Below the pieces are notes generated by a model. The model was not told the DNA's origin and ran no database searches. It saw only the letters and a list, made by a program, of their open reading frames with translations. A stretch of 64,000 nt of DNA. Origin: Candidatus Bathyarchaeia archaeon. Lineage in GTDB: Archaea; Thermoproteota; Bathyarchaeia; Bathyarchaeales; Bathycorpusculaceae. Positions 63,201 through 64,000 of the stretch are shown here, piece after piece. The translations under genes and the position numbers were made by a program. Position 1 is the first letter of the stretch, and each line of letters starts with the position of its first letter. The stretch spans positions 2,276 to 66,275 of the forward strand of contig JBEKKK010000005.1 in NCBI GenBank assembly GCA_050010755.1. Reading direction: 5' to 3'.

Positions 63201-64000
63201 GTGACGTTGTACGCCAGTGCCGGAACCGTTGATGTGTCAAAACTCAGATAAGTCCTATACATTGCGTACCAATAGGGAGGTATTTGCGTTTGATAGGATT
63301 GACCAACCAAGGTGTTGAAGGCATTTGTATAGACAGCTGGGTAACCATTCGGTGGATACTTAGAGCCCAGTTGTTCAATCCACCCGTCCGAGGCTCCGGT
63401 TGAGTTAAATGTGGCAATGGTAGGATCAATCAACAACGGTTGTTCGCCTGTCAGCGAGAAATCCCCAAATTGTATGGTTGCTTGGCATTGGCCATCATAA
63501 ACACTCTTTTTCAGTTCAAACTGTTGAAAACATGTTGCAGATTCTCCAGTTGTCGAATTAAGAATGCGGGCGTCAGACCAGTCTACAAAGGATTTGGACT
63601 CATTACCGTTTGCGAACGATATGCTCGAACAAGATGGATCATTTACAAGCTGCTCAGTTATGTTCTCAGTTGTCGTTAGCCATTGACCCTTTGTGCCGTT
63701 TATGCCGTTGAGTAACCATTGCAGCCTATACTCGGCGGCTTGTACGGGATGAAATATGATTGAAATTTTGAGCTCTGAACTTATTTTGAGGAAATACCAT
63801 TCGTCAAGAGTTGCGCCTGAACTTAGGGTTGTTGTTCTGTCGAAGTATATGCCTGATGAATTAACTAAATAGTGGACCTTGTTGCTTGTTGGACTGTTGA
63901 TTTCCCAATCTGATGTTGAACTGTTTAGCCATTCGACATTCCAGCTTTCACTCTGTATTGTCTCTTGTGTTTGGTAGGGATCGTAGAAAATTGTGTGGTC
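60272..64000 (-). CDS. Very large secreted multidomain protein: alpha/beta-hydrolase-like module, two PKD domains, Gly linker, C-terminal beta domain. The 5' end lies beyond the right window edge.
   Basis: The track ORF starts at TTG 63436. I checked the frame codon by codon and it has no stop up to position 64000, so the gene continues out of the window. The nucleophile-elbow-like segment is VYLFGFSGGAVVVG. The PKD patterns are YTFNWGDGTNSTT...HAWSPGTYSITV and YVLKWGDGSQNTT...HTWTNAGTYNVTA. The linker SSGGGGGGCPYVYDWNGSAYV precedes the final domain. Confidence 0.85.
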   Translation of the reverse strand, partial: DHTIFYDPYQTQETIQSESWNVEWLNSSTSDWEINSPTSNKVHYLVNSSGIYFDRTTTLSSGATLDEWYFLKISSELKISIIFHPVQAAEYRLQWLLNGINGTKGQWLTTTENITEQLVNDPSCSSISFANGNESKSFVDWSDARILNSTTGESATCFQQFELKKSVYDGQCQATIQFGDFSLTGEQPLLIDPTIATFNSTGASDGWIEQLGSKYPPNGYPAVYTNAFNTLVGQSYQTQIPPYWYAMYRTYLSFDTSTVPALAYNVTANLLLDPYYMSSPVNFTVQVWGGNQPIYDGNQTIMDGTQPIYNNNLTSDSWGSGMVQVASWNTANYQSGAYVNLSIPSNQITNSNYVNVSNTMHAITEFELNSSREGIQPLGDEVVSFYGDNSTCGPELEVSYCVDTLTINGETWYYRSASTSKAAIVLFGAWYAGDYDLYINSIEMLGEKDFGKVMLLKALIENGFSVYTPSNSSDDSYFSYYENDSTWVQDLTMYLKSNQTYAQVYLFGFSGGAVVVGNEIQKDYASRLSAAVMNCGPVNWTYFSGQMWHSAYTASQAKVATFFPEDVNDRLDENPPFYVQMQEYNDNEIVDKNWVNWTGGHGSFFEPNNTARDSPCTDNASVAVINWFNAYHPPSTPFTPVGSQTNSPNTTYSYTSGTVDPQGQNVSYTFNWGDGTNSTTGSYASGTNVTSSHAWSPGTYSITVQGQDSQNTSCWSPPLTVNVLNATITGCSLYYSNATQNLTTLDEYAPNDYFANVNFTWYGTQTSNVNLTVEVLNPSGSVAWKNDTIRYSSLSKNSSHTENNIDLKSQLLVYSGTGTLSITLTAGNTNSSIPWTGPVNIVSTNHSPYAPSLTYPGDGNNGTQYSFIVEATDPDQDNVQYVLKWGDGSQNTTLDWNYSGAAETGYHTWTNAGTYNVTAYVYDPYGAWSSQSVNVIMTNSSGGGGGGGCPYVYDWNGSAYVKDNNILPASQNGNGTDTKDYYLLQQPLVPVFSTKKNTVYSLQIGEYESNIDYIDQVKLMALDYSQGTSIAVTQTGEIFAYQNLLTPISAADNNGNSELSQISTTNGNLSDPSTYYVGNKGDWLVLDFGSITGPTANLVLRDDRKCAECIYVQVPDGSGGWQNVTVLNPRDYWSIEAVNMTAYLPQTGDFIVRLYWTQTHNLDFVGLDTSAQTPPQVTSAPPALAIHSALGDVTQKLLYDDEQCVQLVNGQTITIWFILPNQAQGTARSFILFTDGYYYTIT

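Overview
This is an archaeal chromosomal segment. Housekeeping genes include ATP-dependent DNA ligase, Mre11-Rad50, ribosomal proteins uS10 and eL37, an Sm-like protein, the aCPSF1 beta-CASP nuclease, proteasome beta subunit, glycerol-1-phosphate dehydrogenase, SepF, a long FKBP and CorA. They are interleaved with many secreted surface proteins rich in N-x-S/T sequons.

Main observations:
1. A family of cohesin-like, CARDB-like and dockerin-bearing proteins is concentrated at 970-9317, with further members at 21389-22702 and 58338-59720. Their heads are a parallel beta-helix, a papain-like peptidase and a G1 (eqolisin) glutamic peptidase. Decayed dockerin fragments, a DNA-ligase 3' fragment and perfectly identical inverted tracts point to ongoing recombination.
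2. An archaeosortase/exosortase-like membrane protein (25219-26751) has Ser where the family has its catalytic Cys, and carries a fused zinc ribbon. It sits tail-to-tail with a 1337-aa repeat protein that has a C-terminal TM/basic anchor. Two PEF-CTERM-type proteins lie elsewhere in the window.
3. A small ORF (15624-15908) resembles eukaryotic ribosomal protein eL22.
4. An AT-rich-looking accessory island (about 35.7-40.45 kb) holds a transposase, a ribbon-helix-helix operon, an NYN nuclease, a TacT-like GNAT with an unusual small partner, and a repeated leader/small-protein family.
5. Three genes appear disrupted: a frameshifted Lrp/AsnC regulator, a methyltransferase with an in-frame TAG, and a possibly 5'-damaged corA.

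I recognised no rRNA, tRNA or CRISPR array. The lineage cannot be fixed from this window, and all family assignments are by-eye motif recognition that needs HMM or structure confirmation.
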